From the human T2T-CHM13v2.0 reference genome, Homo sapiens, in the NCBI RefSeq assembly GCF_009914755.1, contig NC_060933.1: DNA of 64,000 nt; one strand, given 5' to 3'. A program made the translations under genes and the position numbers. The notes beneath the pieces were generated by a model. It did not search any database and was not told the DNA's origin. It was given only the letters and a program-made list of their open reading frames with translations. Shown in pieces: positions 12,787 to 26,029 of the stretch (positions are counted from its first letter, which is position 1; every line of letters begins with the position of its first letter).

Positions 12787-13200
12787 CATGCATTCATGTA
12801 TGTGCGTGCATTCATGTGTGCAGTGCATATGGGTGTGCATGCCTTTGAATATGCATGTGCATTCATGTGTGTGCTTGCATACATGTGTGTGTATTTGTGT
12901 GTGCTTGCATACATATGTGAGTGCATTCGTGTGTGTGTGTGCATACATACGCGTGTGCATGCATCCTTGCATGTGTGGGCATTTGTGTGTGTACATGCAT
13001 GCATTTGTGTGTTTGCATTCATATGTGTGCTTGCATTCGCATGTGTGTGCATTCATGTGTGTGCTTGCATTCGTGTGTGCTTGCATACATGTGTGTGCTC
13101 GCATTTGTGTGTGTGGATTCATGTCTGTGCTTGCATACAAGTGTGTGAGTGGATTCATGTGTGTGCATGCATACGTGTGTGTTTTTGTGTGTGTGTGCGC
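12757..13200. repeat. (TG)n microsatellite plus TGCAT-punctuated TG array
   Basis: Pure (TG)n at about 12760-12786, then a degenerate array. Confidence 0.9.
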
Positions 13201-14632
13201 ACACAGAAGGAAGATGTGCATGCTGGGGCTGGAGTTGAGACCTGATGAAAGACAAGGTGGGAGGGCAGGGAGGCCAGCCTGCTGGGAGGTGCCCAGGCTC
13301 GGCACAGTGGTGGCAGGAGGGGATGCCTGGTGCTGCAAGAGGTTCTGGAGCTGGGGCTGCAGGTTGAGGCGAATGGGGTCCTGCTGTGTGTGGGGCAGGA
13401 GAGCAGCCTCCCTGAATAGCTCTCCTTAACCAGAGGGGAGCCTCAGCTCATGGTGGCACGTGTGGGTCCCGGGACAGCCCTCATTGGGTCCCCAGATTCC
13501 CCAAAGTGGCTCCGAAGCAGGTTGGTGAGAGCCACAGCGCAGGTTCCAGAAGCTTCAAAGCTCTATCCAGCTGGACCCCTGCCACTCTGGGAGAACACCA
13601 GCACCCTGCCCCTGCTGGACAGATAGCACCCAGCTTGGGAAGACCTAAGAGAAAAAGCTTACATATTCCTCTGGCTTGGGCTGGAGTCGGGGGAGGCTGC
13701 TTTGTCAGGCTGGGACGGGGCCGACCGAGCCCCAGGACACGCTGTCCCCTGGTCTGGCCTCTGGTGTGGGGCCCATGCTGGGAATGGTGTCTGACCCTGT
13801 GTTCCCAGCGGGGCTGGGGCAGTGTCTTCAGGACACAGCTGTGCCCAGCTGTTCCCCAAATGACACAGTGCAGAAAACCCGCCCCCTCCTCTGCAGCTCT
13901 GCCGACCATCCGTCACCGTGTGGGGGCCTTTTTGGGGACCCATGACCCTTAGGGTAACAGGACAGAGGCCAAGACCTGCTTGGCTTGCAGAGTCTGGGGA
14001 AATGTGTTGACTTCTTAAAGGCCTCGGGGGACATCAGGAGCTAAGAAGGTTTGTCTACAGCCCAGCTCCACGAGATGCCCTACGTTCAGGCTCGTGAAGT
14101 TAGGGAAGGGCCTGGCTTCCAATGAAACATTGTGACTTCCTTATGATCGCTTCCAGGGTTACCGGCAGAGAGAAGCCACTGCGACCTTTGCCCTCCCTAA
14201 ATCCAGAGGTATTTGGCCCAGAAGCTCCTCCCTGAGTCCTTGCTGGAGCATTTGTCTTCAAACGGAGGAGGAGAACCAGTGAGTTTGTGTTCAAATGTCG
14301 GCCAGGCCACAGACTTTGGGAAAGTTGCAAACCTTCTTTGTGCCTCCGGGTTCCCATGGGTTCCATGAGCTCATTCCTGTGGCTGTGTCCCAGGGGCATG
14401 GGATCTGTCTTGGGGACTTAGTGGAGGGGTCGTGACCTGGAGACCCAGCCTAAATGGTGGGTGTGTGTCCCCTTGGCTGCTGCTGCCGGCGCTGACTGCG
14501 GGTTCTTCCTGGTGCCTCTGCACACTCCGAGGGGCTCCGAGGCATCCTCCATGCACTCCTGTGCCGCCTCTCCCTGAAATGTACGCAGTATGAAGGCAGG
14601 AATGCAGCCCATCTCATTTGGTGCTGTCTGTG

Positions 14633-15269
14633 TGATATGGTTTCGATCTGTGTCCCCAGCCAAATCTCATCTTGAATTGTAATCCCTGTGTGTCCAGGGA
14701 GGGAAAAGATTGGATTGTGGGGGTGATTTCCCCCACACTGTTCTCCTGATAGTGGGTGAGTCTCATGAGATCTGATGGTTTTAAAAGTGGCAGTGTTTCC
14801 TTTGCTCATGCTCACTCTTTCTCCTGCTGCCTTGTGAAGAAGGTGTCTGTTTTACCTTGCACCATGATTGTAAGTTTCTTGAGGACTTCCCAGCCCTGTG
14901 GAACTGTGAGTCAATGAAACTTTCTTTGTTTATAAATTACCCAGTCTCAGTTAGTATTTTTTTTTTTTTTTTTTTTTTTAGATGGAGTCTCATTCTGCGG
15001 CTCACTGCAACCTCCACCTCCCGGATTCAAGCGATTCTCCTGCCTCAGCCTCCCAAGTAGCTGAGATTACAGGCATGCGCCACCATGCCTGGCAAATTTT
15101 TGTGTTTTTAGTAGAGACGGGGTTTCACCATGTTGGCCAGGATGGTCTCAATCTCTTGACCTCGTGATCCGCCCGCTTTGGCCTCCCAAAGTGCTGGGAT
15201 TACAGGTGTGAGCCACTGTACCCGGCCTCAGGTAGTATCTTTATAGCAGTGTGAGAATGGGTTAATACA
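14633..15269 (+). mobile_element. MaLR solo LTR (THE1D/MST-like) interrupted by an Alu
   Basis: Starts TGATATGGTTT..TGTGTCCCC..CAAATCTCATCTTGAATTGTA; ends TTTATAGCAGTGTGAGAATGG..TAATACA; flanks CTGTG/ATGTG (5-bp TSD, 1 mismatch). Confidence 0.88.
14957..15226 (-). mobile_element. Alu (AluS-type) nested in the LTR, about 30-nt internal deletion in the right arm
   Basis: Antisense Alu; TSD CTCAG(T/G)TAGTAT on both sides. Confidence 0.93.
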
Positions 15270-15317
15270 ATGTGCAGGGCCTTAAGCTGTGGCTGACTGG
15301 TAGAAGCAGCTCAATAA

Positions 15318-15358
15318 ATGGTGGATGGATGGATGGATGGATGGATGGATGGATGGAT
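15318..15358. repeat. (TGGA)n tetranucleotide repeat
   Basis: About 9 copies. Confidence 0.95.
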
Positions 15359-17288
15359 TCACTAATTACTGACTCACTTGTTGGGTGTGGTAGAGCATCA
15401 GATCACAGACCTTAGAGCCTGGCTTCCAAGGTTTGAATCTGTGATATACTGACTCCATAATATTAAGTGATTTATGTAATGTTCCCATGCCTCAGTTTCC
15501 TCATCTGTAAAATAAAGTCCAAAGATTTCTGTTCTTTTTCAATATGGCCAGTTAAGAACCTGCACAAACCCTCCCACTAACAGCAGCTAGAAATTCTGGG
15601 TAGAATGAAAAATGCCTGTCTTGTTGATTATTGTCTTGAGCTGACTAGGAAGTGTGGAGTACTCAGGCCAGGATAGAGAAAAGATGGGACCCAGAGAGGA
15701 AGGTGGACACTGAATCTGGCTTTCCTGGGAGGTATGGAAAGATGTGGCCACTGCTCCATCTCTGAAACAAAAAGCTGAACTTATTGCTTGTTCAGCATGG
15801 GAGAGCTATAATTGTAAGGCTCAGACTGCCCGAACAAAGCAAACTGCTGGCCTTCATAGTGTTTCAGGAAGAGTGGAGTTCAGGCATAGGAGGCTTTCAG
15901 AAGTGGGAGAGCTTGGGGAATGATTGATCTCTAACTGAGGGAGACTAGTTATTGGAGAGGGGCTACTGCTGGTTGGTTGACCAAAGAAAGTGGTCACTAC
16001 TAGATTGAGACGGACTTAATGCTGGTGTTTGCTTGTTGCTGTGGCCAGACAACAGCCTATCTTTTCATTTTGAAGTTGGAGAATTGAAATTTTTTATTCT
16101 CATAGGCAAACCTGAGCATCATTTTTTGACTACTTTTGTGGCTAGAGGTCAGAAGACAAAGCACAGAGCCTGGCCATGCAGGAGAGTCTAGTGGAAGACC
16201 ATTCCTTCAATGTGGGACTCCATGGGCTACACCTCACTGTCATGGGAAACTAGAAAATCTATTTCCCCTTTGGATACTACATCGGCACTGCCTGTAGCAA
16301 ACTTTGGTGCCAAGTGGAGCAGGAAAAGCATTCTCTAAGAATTAATAACTATAACCTGAACTACGTGTGTGTGTATGTAGCCTGAATCCACATTTCCTCA
16401 ACTATCCAAAACAAGGGATTTTAGTTTAAAGGAGTGTCAGATTGGAAGTGCCTCAATTGTTTGACAGAAGTAAATACAATTACTTTCTAAAGGACTCTGC
16501 CTTTACCTCAGGCCTCAGAAAATTTCCATAAAGTTCCACAGCAAATGAGCAGTTCAGAGTAAAAAAAAAATCACTAAATATACAAGGAAACAAGACACCA
16601 TGAGGGAAAGTCAACAGAAACAACAGGCAGTAGAATCAGATCAGCCAAACATTTAGATACTAAAAATAGCAGGACTGGAAAATAAATGTGTTTTATGGAA
16701 GAAATAAGAGGCTTGGATGTATTAATGAAGAACAAGCATACTTGAAAAAGAACCAAACATACTCTTAGAAATAAAAACATGACAATCAAAATGAAAAACT
16801 CAAAAGATAGCTTAACCACAGTTTAGACATGACCGAAGAAGGAATTGATGAACTGAAGGATAAGGCAAAAGACATTAGGAGAGTTGCACTCCTGAAAGAT
16901 AAAGAACTGGGAAATATAAAGAACATGAGGACTTGCGTGCAAATGTAAGCATATTGCTAATTGGATTTCCAGAAAATGAAGAGAGATAGAATAGGAGTAG
17001 GGGCAATATTTGAAGAGGATTATGGCTGAAACTATTTCAGATATAATGAAAGATAGCAACCCACAAATTTAAGAAGCCCAGTGACTCTCAAGCAAGCCAA
17101 AGAAAAAGGATTCCACACGAGTCACATAAGAATAAAAATACAGAACATTGAAGACCAAGAGAAGTCTTATAAAAGAGCCCAAGAGAAAATATAGATTATC
17201 TTCAAAGATAGTTACGCTGAGAACTTACTATTCAGGAGCAACAATGGGAATTAGGAAACAGAGAAATGATGTCTTCAAAATGCTCAGA

Positions 17289-17440
17289 GCAAATGATTAC
17301 CAACCTAGAATTCAATATCCGGTGAAAAAAATTAAAGATGCAAATGATTGTCAACCTAGAATTCAATATCCAGTGGAAAAAATAAAGACACAAAGGATTA
17401 CCCACCTACAATTCAATATTCAGTGAAAAAAATAAAGACA
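17289..17440 (+). repeat. About 51-bp tandem triplication inside the L1 ORF1 relic
   Basis: CAAATGATT..CAACCTAGAATTCAATATCC.GTG.AAAAAAT.AAGA x3. Confidence 0.9.
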
Positions 17441-17499
17441 ATCATAGGCAAATAAAAATCAAGAAGGTGTCCCACAAACAACCCTTGCTTAAGGAAATT

Positions 17500-17811
17500 T
17501 TTTGTAAAATTAATTTTATTTTTTAAGACAGGGTCTCACTCTGTTGCCCAGATGGGAGTGCAGTGGTGCAATCATGGCTCACTGCAGCCTTGAACTCTCA
17601 GACTTGGGTGATCCTCCCACGTCAGCCTCCTGAGTAGCTGGGACTGCAGGTGTGCACCACCATGCCCAGCTAATTCTTGTTTTTTTTTTTGTAGAGATGG
17701 GGGTCTCCATATGTTGCCAGGGCTGGTCTGGAACCCCTAGGCTCAAGCAATCCATCCACCTCAGCCTCCCAAAGTGCTGGAATTACAGGTGTGAGCCCAC
17801 CATGCCCGGCC
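17500..17811 (-). mobile_element. Alu (AluJ-type)
   Basis: Antisense Alu with J-type features. Confidence 0.92.
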
Positions 17812-18149
17812 ACTTGAGGAAGTTTTAAAAGATATGTTTGAGCCAGAAGGAAAATAACCCCAGATGAAAAAATTGGGGTATAAGAAGAGATGAAAGTCGA
17901 AGAGATTGTCATATGTGGGCAAATCTAAACAATTATTGGTGGTAAAAATGTCATGTGGTGTTTAAATGAAGATAAAAGAAAAATACAAGGTAATAATCGT
18001 CTTAAAGTTAGGAGGGAAATAATTGGAATTAAAAGGTTCTATGGTCCTGCGATGTTCAAGGGGAGGGTAAAGATATGAATTTACTAGAAACTTTGATGAA
18101 CTACCACTAAAGGAATGGAATTAGCATATACATTCTAACTCTTTAAAGG

Positions 18150-18783
<634 letters not shown>

Positions 18784-19182
18784 TGAGTGGGAGATTTTTA
18801 CACCCCTCTCTCAGGAGTTGATAGCAAGTAGGCAAATACTTGGTAATGACAGATTTAAGCAGCATCGTCAAGAAGCTTGACTTGACGGACTCACACAGAA
18901 GGCCAAGGGCAGGACTACACGGGGCCGTCATGGAAGCTGACCACATGCTGGGCCATAGAGAGAGACAGCCGCTGTGAAGGCTTGCCGTCTCAGAGACTGT
19001 GTTTTCTGACCGACCTCAGTACCAGTTAGAACAATAATGATGATGGCGATAAAATAGTTTGAAATCGCCCTTATCTGCAAAGTAAGGAAGAAGACATCAT
19101 CATGAACATTAGGAGGGCAGTCCGGTACCTGTCTCACAGGGCAGTTGAGAGACCTAACAGCCGCTATCCAGAAAGCACTTCT

Positions 19183-19499
<317 letters not shown>

Positions 19500-22400
19500 T
19501 AAAATAATAATAATTATTATTATTTTTGTAGAGACAGGGTCTCCTTATATTACCCAGGCTGGTCTCAAACTCCTGGGCTCAAGCACATAAAGCACTTCTA
19601 ACAGTGTCTGGCAGGCACTGCGAGAGCCAATGATGGGAGACTCAACCTCCTCCCCCTCCTTCGTGGCTTGTTTTCTGATTCATGTACTTGTTACTTGCTG
19701 GGTGCTGTCTGTGGGATCAGTCAGGCACTTGGCTGCCTAGAATTCTGTCCCACTGCACTGTGATGAGCCCAACAGCCAAGATCCCTGCGAGCTCACAGCT
19801 CAGGAGGCGGTGCCTAGGGGCTTCGCTGGTCCACAGTGAAGACCTCTGTTGGGCCATCCAGTGGCAGAACAGGGCAGGACAAAGGAGGCCGTGAGTGCAG
19901 TGTACAGCACACAGGACTCAGAGACCCCAAACTTGGGGCCGTGTCCTGGCTCTGTCAGTGTGAGGTCTCACCCATGCAGACACTCCGTGGATCCTTGGTT
20001 TTCCAGCTGGTGAGATGGGGAAGCCAAGATGACTAAGATGCATGGTGATGAGGAAGTGGTCCCAGGTGCGAGAGCCTGGTCCAGGCCTAAAGACCGTCAC
20101 GGGAGTGATCTCGACAACTGGTAGGGCGAAGGCACCATGGGACCCAGCATAGAAGAGCAGGTGTCTGCAGGAGGGACAAGTGGAGCTCTGGGGCCTCTTA
20201 GGCTGCCTTCTGTGCTGACATCTTTGGTTCTGCCATTGTGGTTTCTGGAATGGGCTGGCAGGCCAGGGGCCAGAGAACGCCCCAGTTTCCTCTGCCCCTC
20301 CTCTCCTACCTCTGGAAGGCTCAGGCAGCCAGGGCCGGTGGTCTGAGGCTGCAGCTTCCCGGAGCTCCAAGCCAGCAGCAGACGCTTATCAGCCTGCTGT
20401 GGTGCGGGGGCCGAACTCTGCCCAAACGTCTTCCAGATGTGGCCGCAGCTACTCGATAGCCTGGCTCCAGCCGGGGCTCTAGGCCAGCAGGCTCCCGTTA
20501 GCCGAGCTGTTAGGAAAACAAAACCCAATGAAGGCCCAAGGGACCCAGCTTCTCGGAAGGGAAGGGAGTGATTGGGCAGAAGCCCTGGCCAGGCCCGGCC
20601 ACTGGCCCTAAGCTTGGGGTGGTCATGGCCGTCTGCTGGCTCCTCTGGGCTCCTCCTGGGGTGAGCCTGGGCCCCCTGGCTAAAGGGGTTCCCCTGTGTG
20701 CAGGATGCAGCTTTTGTCTCTTTTGCTTCTCCACAGTGTGTGCGGGTGGGGGGCGTGGGGTCATGTCCCTATCACCGTAGACAGGATGGCAGCTTGACAA
20801 CATGGTGCAGTTTGCCGATGAGCCTGAGGGGCCGGTGCACCTCTGCTGCCTTCCTGGCCCAGGGCGGGACTGAACCCAGGCCAGGTTCTCAGTGGGGGGG
20901 TGGGTGGGGCTGGGTCCGATGGCCCCGGCAGGATAAGCAGGTGTCACTGCTGGAAGTTTTGGGGACTGAAGGGCCTTACCCAAGGACACACAGCCCCAGG
21001 GTGGGTACTCCAGAGCCAGTTCCTTTCTGGCTCATGGCCTGCTCCCGCCTGCGGCCGGTGTGCAGGTCAGCGGGGTCAAGGCTGTCTTCTGTGGTCACTG
21101 ACTAACTGTTTTTTGCATGTGGACTCGTCAGGGAGGCATAAACCTGCCCTTGCCAAGACAGATATGGAAAAATCCACTCATCCATTCATTTGACAAATAT
21201 TTGTTAAGTGCCTGCCTACGGCCCGCCAGGCGGAGCGCGGGAACGCGATGCTGATTTAGACACTCCCAGCCTGGGTCGAGCTTCCAGGCTTCATGGGACC
21301 ACATCCGCCCCTGGCCTGCTGGGCATGGTCTTGGCCTGTGTGATGCAGGCTGGGCCCTGAGCGACGGCTCTCCCGCCACCTCCGTCGTACAAAGGCTGCA
21401 GGGGAACGAATGACTAGGTAACTGGGGGTGACCTTGACTCTGTGTGGCTTTAAGACACAAGCCAGCTGTCCAAAAGCTTTGAGCTATGATTGCTGGCAAC
21501 AATTTGCCTCAATACCCCTCCCAGACCAGGGCAGCTCCCCGCAGGCTGGGGGCCATGGCTGAGAACTGCTGGAGGGACACACGTCCCAGGCACCACCAGT
21601 CACCGATGACTGGGCTTTGCACCACTGGAAAACCAGCTGGGGGACTGGTGGGCCCCCAGTGAGCCCTGCTGATGCCACCTTCGCTCTCCCAGCGCCTCCC
21701 TCCTCCCCACACTCCTGCCTGGTGGACTTGGCTCCCTCCCGATGGGCAGCAGCCTTCCTGGTCTCTTTCTGCCACTGCCCACCTCTTCATGGAAGCCAGA
21801 CCCACTGTCAGGCTCCCCCACCTAAAACCCTCACATCCTTAGAACCTGCCCACTGACGCCCACCTTGTGCAGTTCCCAGACAAACCCTGTTAGATCTTTC
21901 TCCCTCTCCCTGGGCCACTGGCCCCTTCTCCTTCGGGTCTCCCAGCAGCGCCCGCACTGGGCAGCCTTTCTGACCCAGCGCCTCACTCCCCCAACCCCCC
22001 GCGATGGCTCAGTTCTGGGTCTGCCTCCCCCATCAGTCTGTGCACCATCGGAAGGCAGAGCCCAGGTCTGCTGGACTTGTGTGACTCCTTGGGGTTGGGA
22101 AAGCTGTGCGGCACATGGAGACACTCAGGAAGGGGCGACGTTTAAACTGGGCCCTGGGACCGAGCCCCCTGTTTCCTGCTGTTTCAGGTCAAGCGTTGGG
22201 GCGGCACAGCAAGACCAGGGCAGAGCTGGTGATATGACACAGGGCACGATTCACCCGAGATGGTTGGAGGGGAAGGGTCACCCGTCAGTACTTTCACACG
22301 CAAGGCCACGCCACGAGGCCAGCCTGTGTCTGCCTCCCAAGTCCTGCTCATGGGCTCAGTCGGCCACAAATCCTCCCCCTTGAGGGAGGGCAGGAGAAAA

Positions 22401-22906
22401 GCCCAGCAAAGCCACATTTTTCCTCCACCTTTGGCCACAGGTGACCATGAACACAGGACAGACACACCCCAGACTCAGTCTGTCTCCCTGTCCTGGGACA
22501 GAAGCCGGCAATGGACACACAGTCTCCTGCTGGCACCGTTCTCTCCACGTGGGCAGTGGTGGCTTTCTTGCTGCCCCAGTGGGAAGGGTGCAGCAGGTCT
22601 GGGGAGGTGCAGGGCACAGGGGCATGGCCAGACTCAGAACCATGGAATGACAAAGCCATCATAGACACGGCCCGAGGGTCGGGCATCTGCAGGCTCGCAC
22701 GGTTCAGTCCACTTTGCTTTTCTAGCTTCAGTCTCCAACCTGCCTCTTCCAGGCAGCCTTCCTTCCTTACTTTCTTCATCCATAATTCTTGGGCACTTGG
22801 TATGAAGCAATTTGTTTCCTTGGCAAATGTGGGTATTTGGTTCCTTAACTGCAGTGAATACTCCCTGATGGTAAGGATAGAGACCCCTCTTAAATTCTAG
22901 AGATTT

Positions 22907-23200
22907 GGTTGGGCACGGTGGCTCACACCTGTAATCCCAGCACTTTGGGAGGCTGAGGCTGGTGGATCATGAGATCAGGAGTTCGAGACCAGCCAACATA
23001 GTGAAACCCCGTCTTTACTAAAAATACAAAAATTAGCCGGGCATGGTGGCGCACACCTGTAGTCCCACCTACTTGAGAGGCTGAGGCAGGAGAATCACTT
23101 GAACCTGGGAGGCAGAGGTTGTGGTGGAGCCGAGACTGCGCCACTGCACTCCAGCCTGGGCAACAGAGTGAGACTCAGTCTCAAAAAAAAAAAAAAAAAA
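22907..23200 (+). mobile_element. Alu (AluS-type)
   Basis: Alu dimer with A tail; TSD AAATTCTAGAGATT. Confidence 0.95.
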
Positions 23201-24552
23201 ATTCTAGAGATTCATTGTTTTGCCCTTGACCAATAATAATGAAAATAATAATGATTGCCATTAAAAGAAGTATTTTAAAAAATACTGTGCTGGATGCTTT
23301 ATAATAAATGTGTCATTTAATCTTAACAACATCCATATGAGGCAGGCACTATTATAAAAGGGGAAACCAAGGCCAAGAGAATGCAGGGAACTTGCCTGAG
23401 CTCATAGAGGGAGAGCTGGGGTCCTGACCCCCACCTGCCCCATCTGCTTCCTGCCTCTTCTGCCTTTTAAACTCCCTGACACCTTTCCAGCCAGCCAGCC
23501 TCTGACTTAATTTACTCAAAGGGGCCCGCGTGGTCGGCGGGGTGAGGCTGCTGTTCCCATTCACAGGTGGGGAATCTGGATGCAGAGATGGGCAGAAATG
23601 GTCCCAAGGTCACCTGGCCATGGAGAGGTGGCCTGGCAGGGGGCCCCAGGGCTGCAAGCACTCTCTGCTGCCTCTAACCACCTTAGGCAGCTTGCTTTGG
23701 TAACAAGCTAACCGGCAAAGAGATTTACACCCCGGGGCTTCCTGCCGACTCTGCAGAAACATCCCTTGCCCACCCCTCCTCCACATCCTCCTAGCCAAGC
23801 CCCTGCGGCTGAGACCAGGGTGAATTCCTTTCCCGGCGTCCAGCGTGCTTGCCCTAACTACAATCCCAGCCCCGAGAGCGGGACAGTCTATGAAGTAGAT
23901 GGGGAGCTGTAAAGCCTTTTTAAAAGGGGCAATAAAAGTTTTGGGTTTCAGATCGTCTTACTGGAGAAGAGAATAACAGAGACAGGAAATTTCAGTAGCA
24001 GACACGACAAAGGCCACAGCACACAGACTGCCCTTAGACAAAAACGCCTCCGCTTGTGCAAACAGAGGACGGCCTGGCAGGGGGCACTGCCCCGTGCCAT
24101 GCCAGCCTCACACGAGCTGCCGGGAGCTGGAGGTGGCTGCTACAATAGCCTGTTTTGTTTACATTGCTGTTGAGTGTTTAGAATACGTCTCCGCGTTGGT
24201 GCTGCCTGAGGTGTGCAGCACTCTCCCCTGAGCTGGGCTCCTGCTATGTGTGCCAGGAGGGGGTGTGGTGTGTGCCCCAGCACGGGGCACAGGCGTGGGC
24301 AGGTCGGGGCCGGAGTGTGGGGCTGGGGCGTGGCTGACCCTGGCACTGGGATGGGTGGGGCCCAGGCTGCTTCTGCTCCCAGGCTCGGGGAGGCTGTTGC
24401 TGGGTGTGTGCCCACCCATCCCCCCAGAGTGGGAAATGATCCAGCTGTGGGAGCACATGGTCATTCAGTCACCAAGAGTCCTCAGAGCTGTCCCATCCCT
24501 TTTGTTTCCAGCAGATGCACCGTCCTATGCAGTAACCACCAGCCACATGGAC

Positions 24553-24746
24553 AGGGCTGCCTGATCAAACAGAACACTCTGGGATAAACTCGATTTCAGA
24601 TACACGATGAATCATTTTTTGGTATAGGCGTGTCTCACGCAAGTGTCTCTCCAATAGCTCCCGGGGCACGCTTATGCTGCATGATCGTCTGCTATAGATC
24701 TGAAATTGAAACGCAACTGGGCGTCCTGTATTTCATCGGCAACGCC
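24553..24746. mobile_element. MER53-like palindromic non-autonomous DNA transposon (diverged)
   Basis: GGGCTGCC...ATTTCAGATA...TCTGAAATTGAAA..AACTGGGCGTCCTGTATTT..GGCAAC; residual inverted symmetry matching the MER53 consensus as recalled. Confidence 0.7.
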
Positions 24747-24757
24747 ACCCATGTGAC

Positions 24758-24895
24758 TTTTTTTTTGGTATTTTTAGTAGAGACGGGGTTTCACCGTGTT
24801 AGCCAGGATGGTCTTGATCTCCTGACCTCGTGATCCGCGCACCTCGGCCTCCCAAAGTGCTTGGATTACAGGCGTGAACCTCCGCACCTGGCCGG
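24758..24895 (-). mobile_element. AluY left monomer only, flanked by a TSD
   Basis: ACCGTGTTAGCCAGGATGGTC..GATCTCCTGACCTCGTGATCCG (Y-type); ACCCATGTGACT at 24747-24758 and 24896-24907. Confidence 0.88.
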
Positions 24896-26029
24896 ACCCA
24901 TGTGACTATTCGAACTTAAATTATTTAAAATGAGGATAACATTTAAAGATCCAGGTTTGGGGTTGTACCAGCTACGTTGCAGATGCCCAGGCACCAGGCG
25001 TGTTGGGCAGCCCAGAGCATCCCCACTGCTAAAGCAAGTCCTCTTGGCCAGTGCTATCTGGGGACTCCTAGTGACATCTAGAACTACTTTTCCAAGAACT
25101 GAACTCACAGTCCCCAGGTCTCCCGATCAGGGCTGGGGAGAGGGAGTTCTGGCTGGGGCGGCCTTGGAGGCCCTTTCTCAGATTCCAGGGACACGACGCC
25201 CTCGGGGCTGGCAGACATAGGGATTCAGAGGTGTTTGCATCTGCAGGCCATAATGTTTCTTTCTTGTTAACTTGCAGCGTTGGGGTGACCATTCTGGGTG
25301 TCAAGGGAGCAGGGTGGCCCCTCCTGGGTGCTCCCTACCTGGCTCCCTGGTCAGAGCCCCCAAGATGTCAAAGTGGGCCGTGGTGCCTGAGGCCATGGGA
25401 GGGAGACACAGCTGGGGGGACTGGCAAGACCCTGGCACCGTCTCCCACCCAGCAGCCACTGTCCCGAGCTGTCTGACGTCCCTGGCCCTCGGAGTCCTTA
25501 TTGGCAAAGTGGGCTCAGGACTGTGTCCTGGGGCCCCCGAGGGGTCGCCTGTGAAGGGGAGGGGCCTGCCCCTGTCGGGAGGGTCGAGGCTGGGCCTGGA
25601 GCCCGGGATCCTGCAGTGGTGGGCAGGGACTGAGGGCTGGAGCGCGCCTCCTAATTGTCCGTGACTTACAGACTTGGCCAGGCTCTGGGCGGCCTTCGTA
25701 AATCGCTGCAGTGAGGAGCCTGCCAGTGTGGCCCTTCGCGCTTGGCAGGGCCCTCGTCGCCGCCCTGCTCGGAGTGGCCTGCCGCCTCCAACTTTCCATG
25801 TGCTGCTGCTGCGAAGCGGGAAAGGGGGGTGCTGGCTGCTTGCTGTGGTGGGGAGGGAGGTGGGGCGGCCACCGTGCAGGTGCCTGCTTCTGCAGGGATG
25901 TCCAGGGCTCTCCAGCTACGGGGTCCCCAGAGCCTGTCCCCTACAAAGCCTGGTGTGAGGCTTATGTGGTCTCCACACGGGGCCAGAGGGGAAGACGCTG
26001 ATTCAAGGACACCCCGTCTTTTCACAGTG

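Larger units (their letters stand above)
16400..18130 (+). mobile_element. Old L1 (L1M-type) ORF1 region relic, interrupted by AluJ
   Basis: A-rich; remnants of ORF1 coiled-coil and C-terminal motifs (WNDVFKML..N.YQPRIQYP-like); many stops. Confidence 0.8.

Noticed and set aside
9583-13429. Cys/Val and His/Thr ORFs that resemble metallothionein or His-rich proteins
   Set aside because: Artefacts of the TG arrays; no splice or codon structure.
17148-17426. 92-aa ORF
   Set aside because: Decayed L1 ORF1 fragment, not a host gene.
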